From Octopus bimaculoides (lineage: Eukaryota), in contig NC_068982.1 in the NCBI RefSeq assembly GCF_001194135.2, forward strand, positions 8,751,821 through 8,815,820: DNA of 64,000 bases. The letters run 5' to 3'. Both the position numbers and the translations under genes were made by a program. The notes under the pieces are model-generated. The model was not told the origin of the DNA and searched no databases. It saw only the letters and a program-made list of their open reading frames with translations. Shown in pieces: positions 52,183 through 64,000 of the stretch (its first letter is position 1; every line of letters begins with the position of its first letter).

Positions 52183-52630
52183 CACATCTAAGTGGCTGTA
52201 CCATGTTACTATCAGTTTAACCACAAGTCCGGCAGCCGGTTATCGGGGCAGTCTGCACCCTGTGTATATTACTAGCCATGCTAATTGATGTGACAATTAA
52301 CTTTACTGGTTGGTATAGTTACTACACTGAACTTTCCTTGAGATTATACAACTAGCTACTCTGCTAGTTGCAAATCAGTTACGGATGGTCGCTTCGTTTA
52401 AAATCTATTGCTGGTTATCTCTCTGGCGACCGGTGCCCACTACTGAAGATGAGCCAACCAGCTCGAAACTCACTCAGTCTCGCGATACTGTTGTCTGCTA
52501 GTGGATGATAGGGTTTCGCTCCCTTGGTAGCAATATATGTGCACAGGGAGCAGGCTGCACCGATAACCAGCTGGCGGAAGATCTGCCTCGGGTGAAACTA
52601 GTGGTAACATGGAACAGCCATTTTGATGTG
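52183..52630 (+). mobile_element. Inverted-repeat element enclosing a Penelope-type hammerhead-like core
   Basis: Arms 52183-52274 and 52528-52630 are diverged reverse complements. Internal CCACTA-CTGAAGA-T-GAGC-CAACCA-GCTC-GAAAC at 52437-52469. Confidence 0.6.
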
Positions 52631-52632
52631 AC

Positions 52633-52682
<50 letters not shown>

Positions 52683-52734
52683 GATCCTGAATTGTGATAA
52701 ACATACGAACAATATTTCAATCCATAACTGCCAT

Positions 52735-53703
52735 CGTGCTGGGCTGCCGTGCCTCTCGGGGTCGGATGCGGAATCTTGCGAAGGACCGAGGCTAAGCGGG
52801 TAAATCGCCAGGACTTCATGGTCTTCCGTACGAGCTATATAAATGTATGCCAGGCATGTTGTGGAACCTACTGGCTGATGTGTACACGAATTGTCAACAG
52901 TCTGGGCTTATCCACAGATCTGTGCGCCGGGGGAGTAGTGACATTGGTCAGAAAGGACCTGGACAATAGGGACGTTTTAGATAACTTCAGGCCCATCACT
53001 CTGTTAAACGCAGAAGTGAAGACTTCGGCCAAGGTCTTAGCAAAAAGGTTGGCGCGTGTCACGAATGGTAAAGTCGGAGAGGCACCAGACTTTTGCCATG
53101 CCAGGCAAAACCACTCAGGATAATCTCCATCTTATTTGCAATACCATAGAAAGGGTTGGCGATAAATCTGGTAAAGGTGGGGCATTGGTTTGGTACATTT
53201 GGACCAGTCTAAAGCTTTTGATATGGTTGACCATCGATACCTGGCGACTGTGCTTGCGCTGTTCCGCCTAGGCCTCGGCTTCCTCGGGTGGTTTATCGCC
53301 TTGTGTCACAACATTGACTTGATAGTTCGGGTGAACGGTTTCCTTTCGAAGCCGTTCTGCATCAGGCACTCGGTTCGTCAAGGTTGTCTGCTCTCACCAC
53401 TTTTGTATGTGGCGGCTCTTGAGCCCCTACTGCGAAAGTTGAGTGGCATCCAGAGAGAATTAGGTTTAAAGGAGTTTGTTACAGCTCACGCGGACGATAA
53501 TACTATCAGCGTAACCACAGTAACACGCTTTCGTGAAGTGAGTAAGGCTATTGAGGTTTACGAGGAGGTGGCAGGAGCAAAGATTAACCGGGAAAAGTCG
53601 GTCGACTTGCAGCTCGGTACCTGGGTTGGCAAGTCGATGTCTTTAGACAGCATTGTTGGGCGCTGGACGGAGGGGCCGGTTAACTTGCTGGGAGTCTGGT
53701 TGT
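52735..53703 (+). mobile_element. L1/Tx1-clade LINE reverse transcriptase fragment
   Basis: KSPGLHGLPYELY, NFRPITLLNAEVK, LDQSKAFDMVDH, VRQGCLLSPLLY and AHADD; frameshifted and truncated at both ends. Confidence 0.9.
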
Positions 53704-53725
53704 AGAGGAAAGACTCCGCTACAGA

Positions 53726-54375
53726 TACAAGTGCGCCAATTACTTTGGATTCACGTCTACTCTCCTCATTCAGCACAACCAACGTATGTCTCACTTCAAA
53801 TACTCGGAGTTGTTCAGACTTTCTTCTTTCTGTTGATCGCGTTTTCACTGGGACATGCTATGTCAATTATCATGCCAGTTTCTTTTTTTTTTTTAATTCG
53901 CAACAACAGTGTCCGGTTTTCGATATCTAGTCAGGTGATCGCTCTGAGTCACAGCATCACACAGCATTTTCCAATCTTCATTTTCGGTGACTCATTATGG
54001 GGTTTGCTCATAGTATGTCTTTTCGCTTTGTAGGCTGTGATTTCCACAGAGTTCCCAACGGACCATTCTTTCCACGTTGACATAACGTCTTTTGTAATCG
54101 CGTTGCGCCAATTCCGAGCATTCGCTAACGATGTGTCATACCGTTTTACACATCTCACATACTGCAACAGACGCACTCGGTAGTTTTGTCGATTCTGCAC
54201 TTCACATATTTAGTCCTTAAAGTTTGCCCTTGTGCTACGCATATAAGTGCTTCTGTCTGTATCTTCAAGTCACTCCTCTCATTCATAGCCACCGGTCTTC
54301 TCTATCTGCCTTGGTGTTCGTATCTCTTGCAAACTGTCCGTCCAGTTGTTCTCATTCCATGCTGTTTTTTTCACT
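53726..54375 (-). mobile_element. R4/Dong-type non-LTR retrotransposon fragment (post-RT zinc finger + RLE)
   Basis: QLDGQFARDTN...DLKIQTEALICVAQGQTLRTKYVKCRID...RKPDTVV...MIIDIACP...VIGAL, with frameshifts. The 5'-truncated end abuts (AAT)n. Confidence 0.8.
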
Positions 54376-54377
54376 TT

Positions 54378-54569
54378 GTGTTATTATTACTATTATTATT
54401 ATTGAGTGGGAAAGTAACCCATTACTATTATTATTATTATTGAGTGGGAAAGTAACCCATTACTATTATTATTATTATTGAGTGGGAAAGTAACCCATTA
54501 CTATTATTATTATTGAGTGGGAAAGTAACCCATTACTATTATTATTATTGAGTGGGAAAGTAACCCATT
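54378..54569. repeat. Minisatellite, 5 x GAGTGGGAAAGTAACCCATT separated by (TAT)n; period 38, 38, 35, 35
   Basis: Units start at 54404, 54442, 54480, 54515 and 54550. Confidence 0.95.
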
Positions 54570-54985
54570 CCATCAAAGTACAAATATACGAAGTCCAATC
54601 CAATAGACTCATCATGACTACCCTTCCTATAAGGGTACATCAGGCTAATGCATCACAACCATTTATGCGTGACCTGGTGGTCACATATCAAGATAAACAG
54701 TGCAAGGCCTTGCAGGTGGGGCCCAGTTAGAATTTCCTTCAGGTCGAGTATCCCGACTCAAAACGTCCCTGAATAAACATTGTTTAAGGGTGTCAAACGA
54801 AACAACCTTGTTTCCCGAAGTGAATAATTCAAACTCCAAAGAATTCCTCACAACACAAAGATACGATGCTACCCCACTACTTCTGCTTGTGATCAGAGAT
54901 GCACATATCGTCAGCCGCTAAGGGACACGTTCAACTGGTTAAGTTCAAACAACCGACAAGCAAATCTGTGGTATTGAGCAGTCCA
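54550..54985 (-). mobile_element. Unclassified non-coding retroposon ending in an (AAT)n tail
   Basis: GC-richer 430-bp segment that on the minus strand ends ...TTTCCCACTC(AAT)n. I recall it resembling an abundant octopus repeat; this is not verified. Confidence 0.5.
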
Positions 54986-55099
54986 ACTTTTACACTAAAA
55001 GAAAACCTGAACAGGATAACACCTTCAATCATTTAAGATCAAAAACCATGAAATCCAGTGCATGATATTGCAACAGAGCATTTATTATTATTATTATTA

Positions 55100-55328
55100 T
55101 TGCTGCGAGCCGGCAGAAACGTTAGCACGCCAGGCGAAATGCTTAGCGTATTTATTTCGTCTGCCGTTACGTTCTGAGTTCAAGTTCCGCCGAGGTCGAC
55201 TTTGCCTTTCATCCTTTTAGTGGGGGAGGGTCGATAAATTAAGTACCAGTTGCGTACTATGGTCGATCTAATCGATTGGCCCCCTCCCCCAAAATTTCGG
55301 TCCTTCTACCTAGAGTAGAAAGGATTAT
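55100..55328 (+). mobile_element. SINE family B copy following (TTA)n
   Basis: GGCAGAAACGTTAGCACGCC...GAGGTCGACTTTGCCTTTCATCC...CCTAGAGTAGAAAGGATT. Confidence 0.9.
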
Positions 55329-55383
55329 TGTTGTGTTTAGTAGTCATAAAGTATTATCATTATTATTCTTGTTATTATTAGTA

Positions 55384-55416
<33 letters not shown>

Positions 55417-57361
55417 GCAGCAGCAGCAGCAGCAGCATAAAAGTATCGCTAATATTTGTCTCCCATCAATAGTATCGAACGTCCCCATGTTACATTCTAC
55501 GTTAGAATTTGATGTCTTAGATTTTACTTAACTGTTATTCCTCAAGACTTTCACCTTAAGTTCACTTATTTATCTTAATCTTTTGTGGATAAGTTTTAAT
55601 TTTCCGTTGGTATTTCGCAACGTTTCCATTCTTGTTTGGAATTCACTGAAATTACGATTAAAGGTTATACGTATTATTTCTAGAAAAAAATCTCATTACA
55701 AATCCTTCCTAACGGATATGCTTTAGATCTGATTATAATTTCCAGAATAATCTAATGTGAACAGAAGCGAAGATAATCCAACATCGCTTTATATTGTCGT
55801 CGTCATCAACAAGTGCTTTAGCTAATACTACATATTCTCGATCCAATAAATAAGTAAATGGCTGTAGTTAAAGATATTAAATCTAAGAGAAGTTGGGTGT
55901 CAAGAAATTCGCTTGCACTGAGATACAGAATAAACTGACCTTTTGAGCCATGACACTTCGACAGAGAGAGACGTTTCAGCTTTGTTTTTGTTAATCGTAA
56001 TTCTCATATGACAAACGGAAGATTTATTTCATGTGTGCTCCGTAGAGTATCTCTTTCGAATCGATAATCGTACCATTTCCTCATTGATGTTGATTATACG
56101 TTTAGTTATGTAGTTAGATATTCTGAAGACGTTCTATGTCTTACTTTATAATTAAAAGTAACTTTTTTTGTTAAGTGGGAATGAGTCATGTAGTAGATTA
56201 CGTTCATTCGAAAATATTACGGGTTCATCAGTCACGTTTCAAAAAAAATACATTTAATTAGGTTTTTATATTATGTTATAAAGATTTACTAACTTTCTAA
56301 TTACATTTATAATGAAGGGTTAGCTAAAAAGTTATCTAATGTGTATCGGCTGTAGGCACAAGCACAAATTATTTTAAAATACAGTGAGTATACTTGTTTT
56401 AAAATACTAGTTCAATTACGAGACAATATGAACCACATCAGTGGTTGAACAATGGCATGATACAAACATTATGTTTTACTGCAACATTCTGTAATAATAG
56501 CAAAAGCAAGACGCATCCCAATGCCCCTTAAATATCATTCAAATGTGTCCAAATTGTCTCTCTAATAGCCGGACCATCGATAAATTATGATGAAGCTAAT
56601 CGAAAGACACTCCAAATCAGAAGAATATTCTAAAAAATTCTTTGATAATTGTGTACGTGTGTGGATATTGAGTGTGCGCCTGTGTTTGTATATGTCCATG
56701 TATACATATATGTACAGATCAAGTATTTTGGCCAATAATATGGAATGAGTTAACCCTACTTCGCTCAAGATTTCTGTCCTTGTATATTAGAAAGAATTAT
56801 GAGGCTAAATCATTGTGATATATATGCACAAGCATTTGAGCACTGGTCAAAATGTGTTAGAGAATCGGTTGTTTCTTTAGTTAATAAAAACAAATGCTGC
56901 GAAACTCACCTGCGATTTTCTCTTTGCTGTGTCAAAAAAAAATAAAATAAAAAAGAATGAAAAACTAGGAGTACCAGTCAAGTGTTTATATTAAAGTATT
57001 AGACTAATATGTTTATCTAATTTGAGGTAATGTGTCTGTTATAAATTTGTATTAGATTATATTTGTTCGGATTATTAGCCAAATATTTAGAAATAAACAT
57101 TCTTTTAATGACTTCATCAGCATTTTCTCTCATCAATGTGTGTTAGCACATACAAGTTTTTAAATGAAGACCATCTAACGTCATCAGTCTAATCATACTT
57201 AAAGTAAATAAGAGTAAATAGCAAAAACAATACCTTTTGCTAATATTATCATAATAGTCAATTTATATATAACTTAAATAAAGAAACTAACATGAGAAAT
57301 GGCAATATTCAATTATCTTATATACGCACATACACACACACACACACACACACATAGACAC

Positions 57362-57399
<38 letters not shown>

Positions 57400-57754
57400 C
57401 TGTGTGCCCGCGCGTTTGTTCCTCTCGCCACCGGTGAATGTATACGTCTTAGAACATATGCAAATATAAACTTACTTATACATATATACAATCACACACA
57501 ATCATATAGATACTTATACACACTCACAAATATACGTATAATCTTAACAAATACACACATATTGCGCTTATCTATCTATACATATGTCACTATTTTCGCG
57601 GACAACGGTTAAAATTCAAATTTGCTTTTTTACTTTTTCTCTCGTACACATATGCATACTGACATACATCTATACACACATACGTACATACATACATACG
57701 TACGTACATACATATCATGAACTAACTGTTACTTTCTTAGATGCAGCATGAAAT

Positions 57755-57805
57755 TTTGTCAGTAATCAGTTCGCGGTCTCAAAGCGACGAAACTATTTTG
57801 ACAAA
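57755..57805 (+). ncRNA. Hammerhead-like fold with G3/C8 variant core (family 6)
   Basis: TTTGTCA-GTAATCA-G-TTCGC-GGTCTCAAA-GCGAC-GAA-ACTATT-T-TGACAAA: 7-bp stem I, stem II, GAA and a near-palindromic stem III. Confidence 0.45.
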
Positions 57806-60800
57806 TAAAATTTAAATGTTGAAGTGAATCTAACGATGTTTGTATGTTTTTAAATGGCTTATAAACACCTTCCACGCTTCAGTTGTTTTCGTCCCACATA
57901 CGATCTCATATCAGGTCACTTGCTATGCACGTACATCTCTGTAATAACACACACACACATATATATATATGTTAGCAAAGAATATTTTCCGTATTAATAT
58001 TAAGGATATTTTCTAATCAAGTTAAATATATATCGTCATTCGTCACACATATAAGATGTAGATATAAATTATCAATACTACAGGCACCCGTCAGGAAAAG
58101 TTTACACGTGGACATAAAACGATACTTTGTAACAATTCAGTTTTATTTCCTTCGCATTTCTATTCTGATACTATTAATAACCTCACCATATAAATGACTA
58201 TTCCTTTGTTATGCAAAACTTTCGATTATGTTGCTGAAATTTATTTTAACGTTGTTCACTCATCAGGCAAATTTAAGGAAATACTTGTGAAATGGCACAT
58301 TTTAGAAAATCCATTAATATAATCAGGCATGCATATATAATTGGAACACAATTCTCTGTACCGATATTATGAATTTCTTGAAAATAATTTGTAACTCAAT
58401 TTAAATGTTCATATATTTTGTTTTTTTATTGAATTGTTCCCTATTGAAACACTATTTCATTCGACACTTACTCTTCGATGTAATGAGATTTAATGTTCAT
58501 TTCTTTAATCCTTTGTGTTTTCAACTGTATATTAATGAATGAATTTATGTGTGCGTTCATGTCAGAATGGGTAGAGTAACAGACAAACAAATGAAATTTT
58601 AGTTTTATACATATTTTGAAACCAGCTTGTGTTGCTTTAGTAACCCGAAGATTCATTCCTATGGTAGACAATATATCTAGTTACAAACCTGTACTGCCCT
58701 GAATGTTTTGTTAACCTAGTAACATGAAACTTATAAGTGCATGTATACTAAATATTCATGTTTTGAGACCGTTTAAAAAGCTTGGCTGCATTACTTATTT
58801 TTCATCTTAATATTTGTCTTCATAATTGGCTTCTTTTATCAACACCTGTCCTGGTTAAGCAGTCTACATCTAGTGTTGTGTTGACCTTTTTCTATGCTTC
58901 TCTTGACTGATGTTCTGAACGTACAGCGTCGTTTGTACTCAAATATATGCTCTTTGTTTCATGCTGTTACTAGTTATTCGGTCGTATGTAATATTTTAGA
59001 TTTGGTAATTCCTGAAAATAAAAGGTAAATATTTTGAAATTTAACTCTTTTATAAGATGAAAGAAATCCTATTAAAATTATTCTATTAGACTACTGGCGA
59101 GAAGGAATTAGTTAAAGTGCCACACCTGATTTCATGGGGTGGTGTAATTACTTTACTAAAGTATAGATGAAGCAGATCTTTCACATACTCTTCAGAAAAA
59201 AAAAATGCTTCCAATTTCGTATGAGAAACATTATACTTTTGTCGTCGGAATAGTTTTGTTATTGATTGAAAAATAATTGAACTCACTACCTGATGGCTCA
59301 ACGCTTTTACAGGGTATCAAAGACTTCTCATAGATAGGTAAATAGAGAAATCACATTTTCTGGGCGCAAGCAAACGGCCGAGTATAAAATACCTCAAGTT
59401 ACTGAGAATTATCCTTTCTAAAGATGAAGGTAAATTTCTATAATTTATAATTTTATCAATTAGAGGAACATATGTATTGGCTTTATATATATTTGTTAGT
59501 AATGCTTATTTTCCGTATACACTTTAGCCATATTTTCTAAACAAACTATATATATATATATATATATATATAAATCTGCTCCACACATTATTCGGAACTT
59601 TACATAATGTAGTCCACAACGTTTTGAGATTCTGTTAGCTAACAAAACATCTTTCTTAGATAGAAATGACTTCGTAGTAAATATATTCCTGACATAAACA
59701 TGGCATGAATAAAAATTATTAATTATGAATATTCCTGACAGCAGATTATACGTGAGAAAATAAACGACATACCACAATTCTGTTTCTGTTCTTGACACCG
59801 GGAATAACCTAACCTATAAATGGCTATTACTTTGAAATTTAAAACAGTTGACTTTGTTGCTGGAATATATTTTAACGTTGTCCTCTCTTCGGGCAAATTT
59901 CGGGCAAAAATTAGTAAACGCGCATTTTTAGAAAACATATTAGCATATTCAGACAAGCATATACAGAAATCTGTTTCGATTTTGTTCTCTGAAATAATTC
60001 GAGTTCTTAGTTCTGGTTTTCAGACAACTGTTTGTTTAGAATTTGAATCTTTCTTTTATACATCACAGTTAGCTCAAACAGCTCTTATCATTTGACGCAT
60101 ATTATGAAACGTAGTATTTCTGTTCTGGTGAAACAGCATAATAGGAAATTACGGTTTATAAATATTAGTCAGCCTATTGTCGAGGAATAGTAAGACTGGA
60201 AAAATATAATTTTTTCAGAATTATCTAAATTCTCCAAGGGTAAAAAGAAAATTAGAATCGAAATATTTTAAGGAAAAGCAATAGTACTGAAATTTAGCTG
60301 AGCATAAAACTATTGATATATTTATGTAAATGCAATTTTCCTTGTGCTAAGAGTTAGTAGAAGATGGTTGTTTGGTGAGGGAATTTTTGTTAAAGAATAT
60401 TTCGACTGCTAAAATAAGTAAATGCTGTTGTAGCATTTTGTAAACATTGCGGATATGGCTATATGAAGGCCATAAGTATTACGAATCCGTTGAAGTATGT
60501 GCCTCTGCTCAGCTGTAAGTAAACTACACCCCTTATACTTATTTGTTCATGGCCTACATTTTTTGATGTTGAAATCGCCTACCAGTTAAAAATGGTAAAA
60601 TATATTACTGGAATTTTGTTAACTCTTTTGTTAGTTTTTATTTTTTGAACATAGAAGACACGTTAAGTAGGGACGATTCAAAATAACACTCCATACATTA
60701 CTTACGAACGCTGTCAACATGCCGTTTGCTTCTGCATCAAATGGCTGCTAAAATTAATGAGTGTGCGCAATACTGTCTAATATATTTCTATTAATTCATA

Positions 60801-61597
60801 GGCTGGAGGAGAGATCAACGCTTATAAGCATTTGTATTCCCAGCATACTGCTAGTCAGCTTTCTATGGAAAGGACGCGTTTCACTCGTCACCTCTCATAA
60901 CCGCTGGAAAAACTAGGTATTGCGTGCCTGATTTCATTCAGTCATGCACTATGGTAGAGACATCTCTAGCAGTTCGATGTCAGTGTACAGGTGTAGTCAC
61001 CATCTATCGGACGTATAGTTCTTCAGTTCGTCTCCTTACCAGATTTGCAGTTCTGGGTCGTGCAATAATCAACAGGGGAATGTTTGGCATCCAGAATGTT
61101 CACAAGTGTCAATAGAATTTTGTTAGCCAGACCAGGCTAAGCGGTTGGTAGACGTTCCAGGCCATGTTCTACAGAGTTTTAGTGCGAAGACCTACACGGG
61201 AGGGTTCTGGACGCCAATCAAAATCAATAAGCTGGTCTATTCCAGAGGATTTTGAGCCGGTGCCCATGGGAAATTTTCAGAAATATGTGGACGGGTGTCG
61301 TTGGTACCAGATAAACTCAACGGGTACGAAATTACCCCGTTAGCCAGGCCTACCAAACCAAAATTGCTCCGCAAGTGACGAATTTTTTGCACGTTTTCGT
61401 TCAATGCACGACCATTGCAGTTTTGAGCTGTTGTTAGACGTCTACCGTCACACGTGGGGTATATATATCTAAGACACAGCCTGGAAGCAAAAAAATATCA
61501 CGAACCTCTACTACAGTATTGAGTACTCTTTCTTCCGATAGTTAATCAACACCATAATACCTGTAAATATACAAACATGCATACGTACAAACATAAA

Positions 61598-61656
<59 letters not shown>

Positions 61657-63067
61657 TAAAATTAACTATTTATCAATTAATTCTCAATTAATTTCAGTTA
61701 AAGAAATTCTTGCGATGCTGTAATATGAATGGTATTTAAGAAGACTTTCTACAATTTCAATAGAGAAGAAATTATATCCACAAGCATTAGTTTGTGCTTT
61801 AGAAATATCTCCATCTGACATTACCAACTCATGTAATCATTTGTGCTGTGTCTAAACATTCAAGGAAGCATGAAAATCTGTCTCATACGACCTTCAATAT
61901 AATTTTGTTAGAATTTCCTTATTTATTTACTCATCAATTCTTAAAGAACTCTCACATATCTTCTAAAGTACGTATAATGAAAATTTAATAATATCATGAA
62001 AAATTCATTGTATATAAATATGCGTTAATCGTTTACAATATATTGCCATACATAATATCTTATAGAAATTTTCAATCTGTTTCTTGCTTCATAAAGTATG
62101 TTGCAGTTGTCGAGCTGAAAATTTCAATAACTAATATATAGCAAAAATACAAGAAAATCCATGTTTAACAATCCATTATCATATGAATAGCTTTAATGCC
62201 TCTATCAGATTCATTTTTTTCTCCCACACACAAAATCGATCTTCCATGAAATCCCTTGCATTAAAGGGGCTCGAAGATGCATGTCAGTATTAAGTTCATG
62301 TTTTTCAGTATTTGATTATATTGGAGATTAAGTCATAATCATAAGACTGAAATATATTAATCGGCCTCCAATTTCTAAGCATTTTACTTTTAAGTCGGTC
62401 CTTTTCAGACGTATCTCCTTTGAAAAGTGCGTCCATTCAGTGAATTTTTATCTATTATTCTATCTCTGTCCAGTACTTCATTATTCTGTGCAAATAAGAA
62501 TAGTTTCCATGGAAAAAAACAAGGCTACTAAAACAAAATATAAACATGTTGTAACGATATTTAAAATGGATTCAACCAATATTTCTTAGGTTAGTTTGAA
62601 TGCTTGCTTTGTGGCAAACACTGTAAATATTTTCACTATGCCCGAGTTCCCCTTTTTACAGATCATTAAAATGTTGAATTCTTTGACTTCAAATAGGGAA
62701 TGGTAATGAGATTTTAATTGTATGCGAATTGGGATACTATGTGCCAGTTATTTGACACACTTGGCACGTTATACATTTCGTAATGGTGTCAAACATACGT
62801 ATCAAAGAAAAAAGATACCATATTTACCGTTAGATTGGCATGGTTTTGGATATTTACCCGTTTTGTTAAAGCAATGAATGCAATTCTCTTGATGAAATGC
62901 AAAAAAACATATGTCAGTTGAAATGTAAATATCAGAATGCATTTCATTTCTATTCACACACACACACACACACGCACGCACACGCACACGCGCACACGCA
63001 CACACCACACTCACGCACATATCTTTACTCACATTCACATATATATGTAAGTTGTGTGTACCTGTAT

Positions 63068-63332
<265 letters not shown>

Positions 63333-63486
63333 TTATGTATGCATGTATGTATGTATATGTATGTATGTATGTATAATATCAAAGGTGTAAAATTGGCGTA
63401 CTCTGAATGATAGAAAGAAATCCACGATTCAGGTACTCTAAACCAGTCGGAAGGATGGAACGGGGGTGTCTGCGCGTGCAGTAAAT

Positions 63487-63900
63487 GGTTCATTAAAAAC
63501 GACGGAGAAAAAGACAAGAACAATATACAACAAAATGACGTAGCACGTGCAAAGTGTCAATAAGACACTCAGAGAAGAAAAAGAGTTGTTGTTTTAAATT
63601 TCGAGCATAGCACTTCTTCGGAAAGAGGAAACATCGGAAAGTCCATAGGAAAAGGAAGAGAGAGGAAAGAAATCACCAACAGTACACGTGTATTTTCAAA
63701 AATGTAACTTCACATGGATTCTTGGCAATCTTTTCCCTTTGGACTCTCCTATGTTTCCTGTTTCCGATGAGAAGCTATGCTCGAAACTTTAAGTAACCAC
63801 CCTTTTTTCTTCTCTGAGCATCTTATTAATACTTTGCATGTGCTCCAGCTTCACGTTGCAGAGTTTTTTTCTTGTCTTTCTCTCCGGTTTTTGACTTAAC
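63487..63900. mobile_element. Fold-back element with about 190-bp arms, each carrying a hammerhead-like core (family 4)
   Basis: 63487-63681 is a diverged reverse complement of 63720-63900. + strand CCGATGA-GAAGC-TAT-GCTC-GAAAC at 63764-63787; minus strand CCGAAGA-A-GTGC-TAT-GCTC-GAAAT at 63598-63621. Confidence 0.75.
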
Positions 63901-63919
63901 TATATATATGTGTGTGAAT

Positions 63920-64000
63920 GCGAGGGTGTTTGTGTCTGTCTGAGTGTTTGTCGCCACCCCCGTACTTCACAGCTGGTGTTGGTGCGTTTACATCCCCGAA
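63920..64000 (+). mobile_element. SINE family A, 3' half (runs off the window)
   Basis: GTGTTTGTCGCC...GCTGGTGTTGGTGCGTTTACATCCCCG. Confidence 0.7.

Noticed and set aside
54404-54569. CRISPR-like array (palindromic 20-nt repeat with spacers)
   Set aside because: Spacers are near-identical (TAT)n, there are no cas genes and the context is eukaryotic.
54870-54930. CTGACGA on the minus strand followed by a hairpin and GAAGT; possible hammerhead, twister or HDV-like ribozyme
   Set aside because: I could not build a three-way junction or the pseudoknots by eye; needs a covariance-model search.
59723-60095. Overlapping ORFs on both strands (77 and 91 aa)
   Set aside because: No recognisable motif or splice context.

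Overview
AT-rich eukaryotic genomic DNA, very probably an octopus/coleoid cephalopod. That assignment is inferred from the repeat landscape, not from a database match. About 2.5 kb is N-gaps, almost all flanked by (TA)n/(CA)n microsatellites. I found no host protein-coding gene I can name, only two weak candidate exons, and no prokaryotic features or CRISPR array. Almost all ORF-track entries are microsatellite or N artefacts, or fragments of decayed transposons. Recognisable elements include: tRNA-derived SINEs of at least 4 families, LINE fragments (RTE, CR1-group, L1/Tx1, R4/Dong-type with restriction-like endonuclease), two Penelope-like (PLE) fragments with a GIY-YIG domain, a mariner fragment, a PGBD3-like piggyBac pseudogene, and pogo-, hAT- and Helentron-type non-autonomous elements. 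The most notable signal is a set of about nine minimal type I hammerhead-ribozyme-like folds in six unrelated small repeat families. They include a tRNA-head/(AAT)n/hammerhead chimeric SINE, a long hairpin with a hammerhead at its apex, a fold-back with two inverted hammerheads, and a fold with an apparent G3-C8 core swap. All individual copies carry some non-canonical core positions, so activity is unproven. Also notable: an ORF1-only (HAL1-like) L1/Tx1 derivative nested in a SINE, and repeated insertion of PLE/hammerhead elements into the internal microsatellite of one SINE family.
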